Shown in pieces: positions 9,085 through 18,117 of a DNA stretch of 32,000 bases. A model generated the notes under the pieces. It made no database searches, had not been told where the DNA came from, and saw nothing but the letters and a program-made list of their open reading frames with translations. Made by a program: the position numbers and the translations under genes. Within the stretch, counting starts at the first letter, position 1; each line of letters starts with the position of its first letter. Source of the DNA: Candidatus Thorarchaeota archaeon (lineage in GTDB: Archaea > Asgardarchaeota > Heimdallarchaeia > Hodarchaeales > Hodarchaeaceae); assembly GCA_048882505.1 (NCBI GenBank), contig JBHLRO010000010.1:30001-62000 (forward strand), read 5' to 3'.

Positions 9085-9313
9085 AGTCTAGACATTGGCT
9101 AGGATCAGGACATTAAAACGTCCTTTCGTCTGAGACAAGAGTAGGTTCCGAACTTGGCAAACCTGCATCTCTGATAGTATCATTCAGGGAGTTATCGATC
9201 CTCTAATAGTCACCTAGGAATTGATGTTTCTACAAAGATCCCCCAACGACCATACCCCGAACAATATGAATTTATGCAACTGAGAAAATAGGGGATTGGG
9301 TGGTAAATCTTCT

Positions 9314-10735
9314 ATGCAAGAACGCTTATCTGAAGTAATTTCGTATGGTATGGAGCTCGGGGCGACCTTTGTTGATGTTCGCCTACAAAAAATCGAACGA
9401 ACCACAATTAATCTGATTGATGGCAAAGGTCAGGCTATTTCTGGTTCAGATGGAGGTACAGCCATCCGTATTTTGGCTGATGGTGCCTGGGGTTTTGCTT
9501 CAATTGTTTCAATGGAGTTAGACGTCCTGAAGTCTGGCGTAAGGGACGCGTATCATTTGGCAAAGTTAGGCGCAAATCACATTCGAGATCCCATCGACCT
9601 CTACCCGGTTGAACCAAAGACCGATGATGTGCAAATTAAGTTGCAAGTTGATCCACGAGAAATCCCCACAGAAGAGAAAAAACAGAAGTTGGTGGATTTA
9701 CATCGCTCAATGAAAAATCCTAACAAACAAATCATCAGTTCCACAATATCATATGCAGATATCGTGGGGAAACAATATTACCAGAGTTCAGATGGAAGAC
9801 AAATCACTCTGGATAAGTGTATTACTTGGGCCCGTATTTTGGTGAACGGTAAAGACGGAACCATTCGTGCAGGCGGTCGTGAGGAGCTCGCAAGCCCTTA
9901 TGGATATTGGGTCTTCAACGATAATCATCTAAACGAGATTGGCGAACGTCTAGTAACGCGAGTGAAGCGAAATTTGGAAGCGGGCCAAGCCAAGGGCGGA
10001 TCGTTTCCTGCGATCCTCGGACCACCTGTAACAGGCGTTTTAGCTCATGAAGCGTGTGGCCATCTTTTTGAAGCCGATTTAACTCAAAATGGAGTTATCG
10101 GTACCGCTCTTGGCCAGACCATTGGGTCCCCTTATGCAACCATCATAGATTCGGGGGTACATCCAGATGGAATTGGAGCTTTCGCCTATGATGATGAAGG
10201 CATTGAGGCACAGGAGACCAAGATCTTAGATAAGGGACGAGTGAACGCCCTCTTAACTGACAGAGAATATGCCCAAAAATTCGCATCTATTAGTGCAAGA
10301 CTCTCTGAAGAACAACAGATCGTTCATACGCCGTCGGGGAATGCCCGAGCGTTTGATTTCCGTGTTCGTCCCCTTATTAGGATGAGAAACACTTATTTTG
10401 CTCCAGGCGATATGACTTGGGAAGAACTTCTAGAACCCATCAAATACGGGTATTACTGTACCGATTTCAGAGGTGGACAGGCATCTTTAGAAGGAACATT
10501 TACCATTGGTGTTCAGGAGGCCTATGAAATCGTTGATGGTGAACTTGGAAAACCAGTGAGAGGTGTTTCGCTAAGTGGAAACACTTTGGAGACGCTGCAT
10601 GGGATTTCAGGCATAGCCAAGGGGGATGTGAAATTAAATCCAGGCCGATGTGGCAAAATTCAGGCTGCATTCACTGGCGACGGAGGTCCTTTAGGACTTC
10701 GGGTGGATTCCATTAATGTCTCCGCCGAAAAATGA
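9314..10735 (+). CDS. tldD: TldD-family zinc metalloprotease
   Basis: HEACGHLFEAD (HExxxH), DDEG, GNAR, PLIRMRNTY, GGQ, and GRCGK Cys ligand. Start ATG 9314 with GGGTGGT upstream. Confidence 0.95.
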   Translation: MQERLSEVISYGMELGATFVDVRLQKIERTTINLIDGKGQAISGSDGGTAIRILADGAWGFASIVSMELDVLKSGVRDAYHLAKLGANHIRDPIDLYPVEPKTDDVQIKLQVDPREIPTEEKKQKLVDLHRSMKNPNKQIISSTISYADIVGKQYYQSSDGRQITLDKCITWARILVNGKDGTIRAGGREELASPYGYWVFNDNHLNEIGERLVTRVKRNLEAGQAKGGSFPAILGPPVTGVLAHEACGHLFEADLTQNGVIGTALGQTIGSPYATIIDSGVHPDGIGAFAYDDEGIEAQETKILDKGRVNALLTDREYAQKFASISARLSEEQQIVHTPSGNARAFDFRVRPLIRMRNTYFAPGDMTWEELLEPIKYGYYCTDFRGGQASLEGTFTIGVQEAYEIVDGELGKPVRGVSLSGNTLETLHGISGIAKGDVKLNPGRCGKIQAAFTGDGGPLGLRVDSINVSAEK

Positions 10736-10752
10736 AAGGTGGTCGTTTTCTC

Positions 10753-12138
10753 ATGGATCTAGAAGAACTTAAGCGGATTGCGAATATGGCGATGGAACTC
10801 GGGCAAAGACAGGAACCAGACGAAATAGAGGTTTTTCTCACTTCTGGAAAGGAGATTTCCCTTCCAGTACAAAACGGGCAATTGGCGGGTACTCAACAAC
10901 AGATTGACCGCGGGATAGGAGTCCGACTTGCCTTTGGAAAAAAGATATCGATGGGGTTTACTACTGAGCTTTCTAAAGAAGCTATAGCCAAAATCATTCT
11001 GCGAACTTCTGACTCAGCCAAAAAGGCACAGCCAAATGCGGATTGGCCCGGCTTTCCCACAAAATCCGAGATCCCTCCCAATCAACAGTTTTACTACAAA
11101 AAACTCGCAGAAACAGGGACAGAGGAGCTGGCTGAGATCAGTTCGAATCTTATGAGTAGTTGTAAGGTTGAAGGAATCCACGATCCTATTGTTCCCGTTT
11201 GGGGGACAACTTCTCTGGGAGTAGGAAGTTCAGTTCTATTAAATTCCCACGGAATTGAAGCTGTAAACCAATCGAGTTTCTTTTTAGCATATCTCGGCGT
11301 GTTGGCCTTACGAGAAGGGAAACCTGGTCCTATGGCGTTGGATTTTTTCTTGGCGAGGGACAAGCTTCTCGAGGATCCAAGCGTTTTCGCTGGCAAGCTT
11401 GCTAAAGAAGCCTATGACCTTTCATTTGCCAAGAAAGTCGAATTACCTCCCAAGATTCCCGCAATTCTACATCCCATCGCTTTGGATTCAATCGCTCAAA
11501 ATGTGTTTCTTCCAGCGGTACGGGCCGATAAAAAACAACAAGGTGACTCATTCTTGGCAGATCGGATTGGGGATAAAGTTGTCCCTGAGGAGTTCGAGAT
11601 TTTTGATGATGGAACCCTTCCGCAATGTACCGAGTCTGATTATTTTGATGCAGAAGGAATAGCCAAGAGACGTACTCCCATCTTTCAAAACGGGATTTTC
11701 CAGAACTTCCTTTATGATCACTCCACAGCAATGAAAGATGGAACCTCTAGTACGGGTAACGCTCAACGAAACGATGATACTGGAGTTAACCCTGGATCCT
11801 ATGCCAATTCCCCTTCTGTTGGAAAGAACAATTGGGTTATTTCTCCAGGATCTGAAGATCTGGACGCTTTGATGGCTGATATCCGGCTTGGCGTTTTTAT
11901 TCTCTTTATACAGGGCGCCCATCAAGGTAGCCCAGAATCTGGCGATTATACTGGGGTAGTGAACCCTGGGTACGTCATTCGGAACGGAGAACGAGCTGAA
12001 CCCTTAGTTGGATATGGAATTGCAGGAAATACCCTAGATCTCTTTTCGAAGTTTGATGGTGCAAGTTCTCAAACCTTATCTGTGGGAGACGGTCTCCTTC
12101 CCTACGTTAAATTCAGTGAATTCAGGATAGTGAGCTAG
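10753..12138 (+). CDS. pmbA: TldE/PmbA-family protein
   Basis: GIGVRLAFG, FDAEGIAKR, FLYDHST, TGNA, SGDYTG; no HExxH. Directly follows tldD. ATG 10753 has GGTGGT upstream; ATG 10732 overlapping the tldD stop is an alternative start. Confidence 0.93.
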   Translation: MDLEELKRIANMAMELGQRQEPDEIEVFLTSGKEISLPVQNGQLAGTQQQIDRGIGVRLAFGKKISMGFTTELSKEAIAKIILRTSDSAKKAQPNADWPGFPTKSEIPPNQQFYYKKLAETGTEELAEISSNLMSSCKVEGIHDPIVPVWGTTSLGVGSSVLLNSHGIEAVNQSSFFLAYLGVLALREGKPGPMALDFFLARDKLLEDPSVFAGKLAKEAYDLSFAKKVELPPKIPAILHPIALDSIAQNVFLPAVRADKKQQGDSFLADRIGDKVVPEEFEIFDDGTLPQCTESDYFDAEGIAKRRTPIFQNGIFQNFLYDHSTAMKDGTSSTGNAQRNDDTGVNPGSYANSPSVGKNNWVISPGSEDLDALMADIRLGVFILFIQGAHQGSPESGDYTGVVNPGYVIRNGERAEPLVGYGIAGNTLDLFSKFDGASSQTLSVGDGLLPYVKFSEFRIVS

Positions 12139-12515
12139 TGACATCTTCTGAACCTTTCCCTTTTGATACCTAGCCAGTTCTTTAATTCTGATACCAAAAG
12201 GGAGTTAAAGCCCAAATTCAATAAAATCCACGAGGAGATATCCGAAGAATTTCTTAACCATGGCCCTATCCTAATTAGAGGTAATGCCGATTTTTACTCT
12301 ACAACTATGGCAGAAAGTTGGCATGGGAACGGAACCGCTACACATGCATATTTGGTTTCAGGTCACTTGATTATCGGATCCTCAGATTGGGGGTTGTAGA
12401 CACAACTTAGGAGCCCATGGTATTCTTCTTCAAGATGTTGAGCATGGGGTTATCTTTGAGAACACTCTTTGTTTCTTGACGGGCCACACGAGCCAGATCT
12501 TGGGCCTACTTTGTT

Positions 12516-12614
12516 TTAATCCTTATGATCCTGATAATGATAAGGAATACCTGGTGGAAACATCGGTCGAAAACCCAGGAAAGACAATAAGCTTTTTACT
12601 AAAGTTAGCGCCAT
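12516..12614 (-). CDS. Small ORF, 32 aa (MALTLVKSLLSFLGFRPMFPPGIPYHYQDHKD), or 5' fragment of a decayed gene
   Basis: ATG 12614 with GGTGA 9 nt upstream (12628-12624) and TTTAAAAG at 12656-12649, the same spacing as the arsM promoter. Below the ORF-track cutoff. Confidence 0.4.
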   Translation of the reverse strand: MALTLVKSLLSFLGFRPMFPPGIPYHYQDHKD

Positions 12615-12702
12615 TATAACTATTCACCAAAGGGCCTGGTTGATTTTTCTTTTAAATCCAGGAATATTGTTAAATAACGTCAAAAGGCTAGGAAAAAGCC
12701 CC

Positions 12703-13446
12703 CTAGGGGCCCTTTGTTGCTTCAATCAGGCCGTTTTGGAACTCAAGGCCCATATTGGAAAATTTTCCATACGTGGTGACCTTGATATTACTGAATCCAG
12801 CCTCTTCGATTTTGATACGATATCCTGATTCAGTTAATGCCCCACCAAGACAGCTACACCAGGCACTGGGATTTTCGGTAAATTGTGCCGGTAATTCATC
12901 AACAGCAATGATATCTGCATCTACCAAGCGGCCTCCGGGCTTGAGAATACGATAGGCTTCTTTGAAAACCGCACTTTTATCTAAAGTGAGGTTAATAACA
13001 CAATTGCTGATAACTACGTCCGCGAAGTTATCGGGTACAGCTTCGATATTCTCGATGTCTCCCATACGAAAATCCACGTTGGTGATGCCCCGTTCCGTTG
13101 CAAGATTTCTAGCGGTTGTAAGCATTTCAGGGGTAAAATCAATCCCTATCACTTGCCCGGTTGGTCCCACGAGTTTTGCTGCTTCAAATACATCATGTCC
13201 CGCACCAGATCCCATGTCTACTACAATGTCGCCTGAGCGAATTTGAGCTTTTTGAGAAAGTCCGACGACACAACCGAAACTTGGCGTGGGTTCGGAAATT
13301 TTTTCCGCAGTATCAGTTGTTCCTGTTTCAGGCGGACAACATTCGCTCTGTACTTCTACGGACCCACAACAACTAGCTTCCTGCTGCATTCGTCTGGTTA
13401 TCGCTGAACCATAACTCTTTTTTACGTTCTCCTTTATTTTACTCAT
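12703..13446 (-). CDS. arsM: Arsenite S-adenosylmethionine methyltransferase
   Basis: N-terminal SCC...ECC, SFGC, VVDMGSGAGHD, GIDFTPEML, VVISNCVINL, LKPGGRL, WCSCLGGAL: the Cys positions conserved in ArsM/AS3MT. Confidence 0.92.
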   Translation of the reverse strand: MSKIKENVKKSYGSAITRRMQQEASCCGSVEVQSECCPPETGTTDTAEKISEPTPSFGCVVGLSQKAQIRSGDIVVDMGSGAGHDVFEAAKLVGPTGQVIGIDFTPEMLTTARNLATERGITNVDFRMGDIENIEAVPDNFADVVISNCVINLTLDKSAVFKEAYRILKPGGRLVDADIIAVDELPAQFTENPSAWCSCLGGALTESGYRIKIEEAGFSNIKVTTYGKFSNMGLEFQNGLIEATKGP

Positions 13447-13479
13447 TGAATTTCCTCCAATATTATGAGAACAATAGAC

Positions 13480-13528
13480 TTTTTAAATGCATTCCACCTG
13501 GGGGTAGGTAGAAAGAAGTAGTGGAATG
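13480..13528. promoter_or_regulatory. arsM TATA box (TTTAAAAA, minus, 13487-13480) flanked by an 8-bp inverted repeat CATTCCAC-N23-GTGGAATG
   Basis: TATA is 34-41 nt upstream of the arsM ATG and GGAGG precedes the ATG. Arms at 13490-13497 (BRE side of the arsM TATA) and 13521-13528 (just before the trmB start). Confidence 0.55.
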
Positions 13529-13536
13529 GTGATTTT

Positions 13537-14322
13537 TTGGATACTTCCTTAATCATCGATAAGACAACTTTGAACAATCAAGGAGAGGAGCTAATATTGA
13601 AGGATCTAGAGGCGCTAGGACTTACTACAAACGAAGCACGCGTATATTATACAATTTTGCCTCTGGGATCTACCACTGCAAGCAATTTGGTCAATAAAAC
13701 GGGAATTCCTGATAGCAAGATCTATAGGTTTTTATCAAAATTGGAAGAAAAAGGACTAATCAGAATTCAAGATGGCAAACCCAAGGAATACGTTCCTCTA
13801 TCGCCATCTGAGGGTTTAAAGCACTTAGAAAATAGAATCAGCGAGCAGTATAACGAGAAACTATTAACAATCGAACGTCTAAATGTGACATTAAGTTCGA
13901 GATGTGTGGAGGTGGAAGATGCTCCAAAACTCGCATACATTATCAAGGGCGAAGCAAATATAATCAACCAGGCCAGAGAATTGATTATGAAAGCTAAAAA
14001 GAGCATTATGCTTATGGTTCCCACTTTGGAAATTTATTCCCGCATCAAAAATTCGATAGAGGATCTGCCAGGCAATGTTCCCAGGACTTTGGGAATGTAC
14101 CACTCAAATATTCAGCCATCGGAAGATTCAACTCCATTTATGCCCCTTAATTGCCTCTGTTTTTTTCTAATCGTAGATGATGCTATTCTCCTCACTGTTT
14201 CACATTGGAAAGCCAACAACTGGCATGCGATCTTATCAAATGAAACATCACTCGTAGAAGTATCCAGTGGCTATTTTTCCTCCTCTGCATGCTGCAAAGT
14301 TGAAGATAAAACATGTCCGTAA
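13537..14322 (+). CDS. TrmB-family transcriptional regulator with Cys-rich C-terminus
   Basis: LEALGLTTNEARVY...ASNLVNKTGIPDSKIYRFLSKLEEKGLI...PKEYVPLSP (TrmB wHTH), IIKGEANI, then NCLC and terminal SSACCKVEDKTCP. TTG start after GGTGA. Confidence 0.9.
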   Translation: MDTSLIIDKTTLNNQGEELILKDLEALGLTTNEARVYYTILPLGSTTASNLVNKTGIPDSKIYRFLSKLEEKGLIRIQDGKPKEYVPLSPSEGLKHLENRISEQYNEKLLTIERLNVTLSSRCVEVEDAPKLAYIIKGEANIINQARELIMKAKKSIMLMVPTLEIYSRIKNSIEDLPGNVPRTLGMYHSNIQPSEDSTPFMPLNCLCFFLIVDDAILLTVSHWKANNWHAILSNETSLVEVSSGYFSSSACCKVEDKTCP

Positions 14323-14396
14323 TCTGGACTTGAGAACGGGGAATGTTCTCCTTAAGATGGGAAAAAAGGGTTCGTTTTTTCAAGTTCGGTTGAAAA

Positions 14397-15356
14397 TCAA
14401 GGAACAATCGTGGTTCCAGCTTTCCCTCTTAAAGCTTCAATCAGGAGCTCCGGTCGCGAAACAATTACCCTTCTCCCTCCACTGATGAGGAATCGTCGTG
14501 CCGCTTCTAGTTTAGGCCCCATGCTGCCTTTTAGCTTGGTACCGAAGGCCTTTTGTTTTATTTGGTCTATTAAATCTGTTAATCTAATGATGTCAATACC
14601 TTCAGCATCTCTGGTCCCAAAATGCCGATAAATTCGATCCGTATCGGTTAAGATTGCGAGGGTTTTTGCATCTATGGCACTCGCTAGACGTTCGCTCGCC
14701 AAATCTTTGTCAATGACCGCTTCAACCCCTTGAAAACCCATTTCGGTTTTAATAATAGGGATCCCTCCACCACCAGCGGCAACCACTATAAATCCAGCAT
14801 CCAACAACTTTGAGATACAATCCTCTTCGTGCACCCTAATTGGATCAGGGGAGGGTACGATTCGACGGAATCCACGCCCTGCATCTTCGATGAAATCCCA
14901 GTTCGGATGTTGTAATCGGATGCTATCCATCTGCTTGCTCTGATAGAATGGACCGACAGGTTTACTGGGAGATTGAAAGGCAAAATCATCTGCTGATACA
15001 ATTACCTGGGTGACGATCGTAACAACTTGAGTAGATAGATTCTGCTTTAGAAGTAGATTTCCAAGGATGTTTTGGATAAGATACCCGATCTGGCCTTGGG
15101 TCATGGCTCCACTGACATCAAACGGCATAATAGGTATGTTTGTAGGAGATTGAGAGCCTGCTTCTTGCTGAAGCATCAAATTTCCTATTTGTGGACCATT
15201 TCCGTGCGTTATAACAATCTTATGATCCTTTGCAAGAGGTATGATTTGTTCAGCGGTATTTGTAACGTTTTGCCTTTGCTCGTTGATTGTTCCTCTCTGT
15301 CCCCTAGGGATAACGGCATTACCACCAAGAGCAATACATATCCGGGATTTTGCCAC
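14397..15356 (-). CDS. arcC: Carbamate kinase
   Basis: IALGGNA, THGNGPQIG, GRGFRRIVPSPDP, GGGGIP, GVEAVIDKD, GSMGPK. GTG start. Confidence 0.96.
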   Translation of the reverse strand: MAKSRICIALGGNAVIPRGQRGTINEQRQNVTNTAEQIIPLAKDHKIVITHGNGPQIGNLMLQQEAGSQSPTNIPIMPFDVSGAMTQGQIGYLIQNILGNLLLKQNLSTQVVTIVTQVIVSADDFAFQSPSKPVGPFYQSKQMDSIRLQHPNWDFIEDAGRGFRRIVPSPDPIRVHEEDCISKLLDAGFIVVAAGGGGIPIIKTEMGFQGVEAVIDKDLASERLASAIDAKTLAILTDTDRIYRHFGTRDAEGIDIIRLTDLIDQIKQKAFGTKLKGSMGPKLEAARRFLISGGRRVIVSRPELLIEALRGKAGTTIVP

Positions 15357-15484
15357 GTTTTTTCACTCCTGAACCTGTATAATGGAAGGGAGCTAACTAT
15401 TGAGATCAGTAAATAAAGGGTTGACAATGAAGGAATTTCCCTCCTCACAAATATTGGGAGAAAAAAGAAGGGTTGGTGGTTTGG

Positions 15485-16153
15485 TTAGCTTCGAAGTAGT
15501 TCCTTGATTTCTCGAATCTCTGCCAACATTTGGCGATGAAAATCGTGTTTGGGTTCCCTCACCGAAGGTAAAACAGGTTCTAGCTCAGTTGCGGTGGCGT
15601 ACTGGCCACGATACTCTCTCAGTTTGATAAGAATCAAATCTCTTACTTCTAAAAAGTTCGGAATCCCTTCTATCTTAGCTTCTGGGCCAGTTTGTTGTCC
15701 CGATTTCCCTGCCGTCTCGATCTGCACCGTTCCAATTCTAAAAAGACGGTCGTATAGGCCATATCGGGAACTGACATTGGTTACTGTTCGGAAAGGCACG
15801 TGCTTCTCCTCTTTGTTTAGGATGCCTTTGCGTACGATAATTTCTTTGTCCAACACTTGAAATTCCATGGTTCGTGTGTAATAATCTGCTAGGACAATTG
15901 TTACTACGATGGCAATCAGACTCAAGCCAAAATACCAGATCCAGAAGATCTCCGATGTGATAATAAACGGAAAATCACTGGCCGACTGATCGCTATCGAA
16001 CTGCGAGAAGAATCCTATCATTGTGAACAATCCAATTATGCCGATACCGATGATCACTAACCCAGTAATTGTCCACAAAACTAACTTGCTTTTGAAACTA
16101 CCCAAAGGATGAAAGGGGACACCTTCTAAGATTTCATTATACACTTCATTCAC
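15485..16153 (-). CDS. Membrane protein with bacterial PH domain (bPH_2, YdbS/YdbT-like)
   Basis: Two TM helices then IIVRKGILNKEEKHVPFRTVTNVSSRYGLYDRLFRIGTVQIETAG. The GTG start overlaps the upstream TGA (GTGA). Confidence 0.9.
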   Translation of the reverse strand: MNEVYNEILEGVPFHPLGSFKSKLVLWTITGLVIIGIGIIGLFTMIGFFSQFDSDQSASDFPFIITSEIFWIWYFGLSLIAIVVTIVLADYYTRTMEFQVLDKEIIVRKGILNKEEKHVPFRTVTNVSSRYGLYDRLFRIGTVQIETAGKSGQQTGPEAKIEGIPNFLEVRDLILIKLREYRGQYATATELEPVLPSVREPKHDFHRQMLAEIREIKELLRS

Positions 16154-16824
16154 CTCTTTTTTGTTCTGATTATTTCTTTTAATTCTCGGATTTCGTTCAG
16201 ATATTCTTTATAAATGACGTCTTGGTCTTCTGATATTGTGGGCTCCAGTTTTCCACTCTTGGAGCTCGCGTCATAGGCCCTTAGTTCCTTGATTATATAA
16301 TCACGAATCTCTCGATAGAGAGGAAGACCTTCCAGCTTCTCCTCGGGGCCACCCTGGGCTCCGCTTTTGCCTGCAGTCTGTACATGGATGTTTCCAATGC
16401 CAAAGATCCTATCCAAGGGACCTGCTCTGCTACTGATATTCGTAACAGTCCGAAAGGGACAATATTTGATAGTTCGATTGAAGATCCCCTTAGCCACAAT
16501 TATCTCGTCTCCATGTACGATGAATTCCATTGTCTGCACATAGAAGTATGAAAGAATTAAAGCTGGTACGAAGACAACCAGTCCGACCACCCAAAAGATT
16601 CCCCACCAAACTTCGGCAAAATCCTGTGGAATTGTTGTATCTAGACCAATCAGGAAACTAAAAAATGCAAAAACGGCTCCTAAGACGCCCCATATCAACA
16701 GGGTACTTACGGCATACTTTATATAAAGTATATTCGACGGATAAATCTTTTTTATTTGATGGGGGATGGTACCTTCCCCGTGAATAATTTTAACCCCAGG
16801 AATGCTGTATTCATTTGTTTTCAT
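16150..16824 (-). CDS. Membrane protein with bacterial PH domain (bPH_2), paralog of the downstream gene
   Basis: Two TM helices then IIVAKGIFNRTIKYCPFRTVTNISSRAGPLDRIFGIGNIHVQTAGKSG. Confidence 0.9.
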   Translation of the reverse strand: MKTNEYSIPGVKIIHGEGTIPHQIKKIYPSNILYIKYAVSTLLIWGVLGAVFAFFSFLIGLDTTIPQDFAEVWWGIFWVVGLVVFVPALILSYFYVQTMEFIVHGDEIIVAKGIFNRTIKYCPFRTVTNISSRAGPLDRIFGIGNIHVQTAGKSGAQGGPEEKLEGLPLYREIRDYIIKELRAYDASSKSGKLEPTISEDQDVIYKEYLNEIRELKEIIRTKKR

Positions 16825-16827
16825 CTT

Positions 16828-17292
16828 TTAGGCTCCTTCGTTTAATATTTGTGCAATTGTTTCTTTAAATTCCTGCAATATAGATCGGCTTTCGTTACCT
16901 TTCTTCTCTATACGTACACCATAGTCGGTTTGGATCTGATTCAGGGTAGTCCGACATTCCGTTTCGCATTTTGGTGAGCAATCATGGACATACCATACTA
17001 CAATGTCCCCACCTGCTAATATAATGTACACTAAGGTGTTATGAATCCAATCAAACCCTGTTAAAATCCCTGTTCCTGTATGGATTGTTCTGGTACTCGT
17101 ATCCAATCTTAAAAGATTGGCAATTTTTTCTAATTCTCGTTTAATCTTTTTGCTAACAATAGTTTTAGTTTTTCGTATGTTGCTTTCGGATTTATCCAAA
17201 TCCTTTGCAATTTGACCGTTTGACATGCCCGCATTGACCCGTCTGAACACCTCAAACTCGTGTGGTGACAGGAATTTTGGTCGTTGCTCCAT
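16828..17292 (-). CDS. LuxR/sigma70-r4-like HTH regulator with C-terminal H-x-C-x3-C-x3-C cluster
   Basis: LSPHEFEVFRRVNAGMSNGQIAKDLDKSESNIRKT (HTH) and VVWYVHDCSPKCETEC. 3 nt upstream of the first PH gene. Confidence 0.75.
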   Translation of the reverse strand: MEQRPKFLSPHEFEVFRRVNAGMSNGQIAKDLDKSESNIRKTKTIVSKKIKRELEKIANLLRLDTSTRTIHTGTGILTGFDWIHNTLVYIILAGGDIVVWYVHDCSPKCETECRTTLNQIQTDYGVRIEKKGNESRSILQEFKETIAQILNEGA

Positions 17293-17513
17293 TTCGGCTT
17301 TCTCACGTCATTTGTGCTTTACCGCGCTACCGCTTGATAGTAACAAGCTACCATTTTTTAAAGCTCGCTATTGCGGATGAATTTCTGAAGAAGGTAAAAA
17401 AGGCCAAAGATGGTTCTGTTCGGCGTTTAAAGTTTAAATTGCGATTAAATCGTCCGTCATATTGTATTTACAACTTCCAATGAAATAAGCGAGGATAAAG
17501 GAGGAAACCAAGG

Positions 17514-18038
17514 ATGAGGCATAAAATACCTTCCGTGATAACAATTATTCTCTTCCTAATCATTGGTTTTACGACCGTTGCGACGAGAGTAACTTCATAT
17601 CATGTTCCACCTTTAAAGGACGAGGTTAATGCGGTGATTGCGACCGCTGATGGAGGTTATCTCCTGGCTGGATCTACAGACTCACTTGGGACTAGCAACA
17701 GAGACATGTGGCTGGTCAAGACCGATGGCCAGGGCACCGAGCAATGGAACCAGACCTTTGGCGGACCAGAAGAGGATTGGGCTAAAGCGGTGATTGCGAC
17801 CGCTGATGGAGGCTATCTCCTGGCTGGATCTACAGACTCACTTGGGACTAGCAACAGAGACATGTGGCTGGTCAAGACCGATGGCCAGGGAACTGAGCAA
17901 TGGAATCGAACCTTTGGCGGACCAAGCGAGACCACAACAACTGGAGCTTCAACTTCATTTCCGGACTTGTCAGTTATGATCATCTCCATTGTCACGCTCG
18001 CATTATTCAGGCCTAAACGTCACCGTCTACGGGATTGA
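17514..18038 (+). CDS. Secreted protein with two beta-propeller-type repeats and a C-terminal T-rich/TM/basic anchor
   Basis: Signal peptide; 2x AVIATADGGYLLAGSTDSLGTSNRDMWLVKTDGQGTEQWNxTFGGP; ends TTTTGASTSFPDLSVMIISIVTLALFRPKRHRLRD. GGAGG upstream. Confidence 0.85.
   Translation: MRHKIPSVITIILFLIIGFTTVATRVTSYHVPPLKDEVNAVIATADGGYLLAGSTDSLGTSNRDMWLVKTDGQGTEQWNQTFGGPEEDWAKAVIATADGGYLLAGSTDSLGTSNRDMWLVKTDGQGTEQWNRTFGGPSETTTTGASTSFPDLSVMIISIVTLALFRPKRHRLRD
17631..17924 (+). repeat. Near-identical direct repeat, 138-bp units (17631-17768 and 17787-17924), 156-bp period
   Basis: Both units read GCGGTGATTGCGACCGCTGATGGAGG...TTTGGCGGACCA, with only a few differences (ggttat/ggctat, ggcacc/ggaact, aaccag/aatcga). 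Confidence 0.95.
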
Positions 18039-18117
18039 CCGAGTATTTGATGTCAAAGAAGTATCGGATGAAAATGGTGTCTATAAGATGGTGTATGTGA
18101 TATTAAAAGCGAAATTT

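Noticed and set aside
12284-12619. Plus-strand 111-codon frame with a single in-frame TGA (12368-12370) as a possible selenoprotein
   Set aside because: No UxxC/CxxU or known selenoprotein context, poor RBS spacing, no SECIS identified, and it is antisense to a better-supported promoter-SD-ATG.
17989-18117. Track N-terminal extension of the lipase from TTG 17989
   Set aside because: It overlaps the previous gene and pushes the signal peptide inward; ATG 18118 or 18088 fits better.
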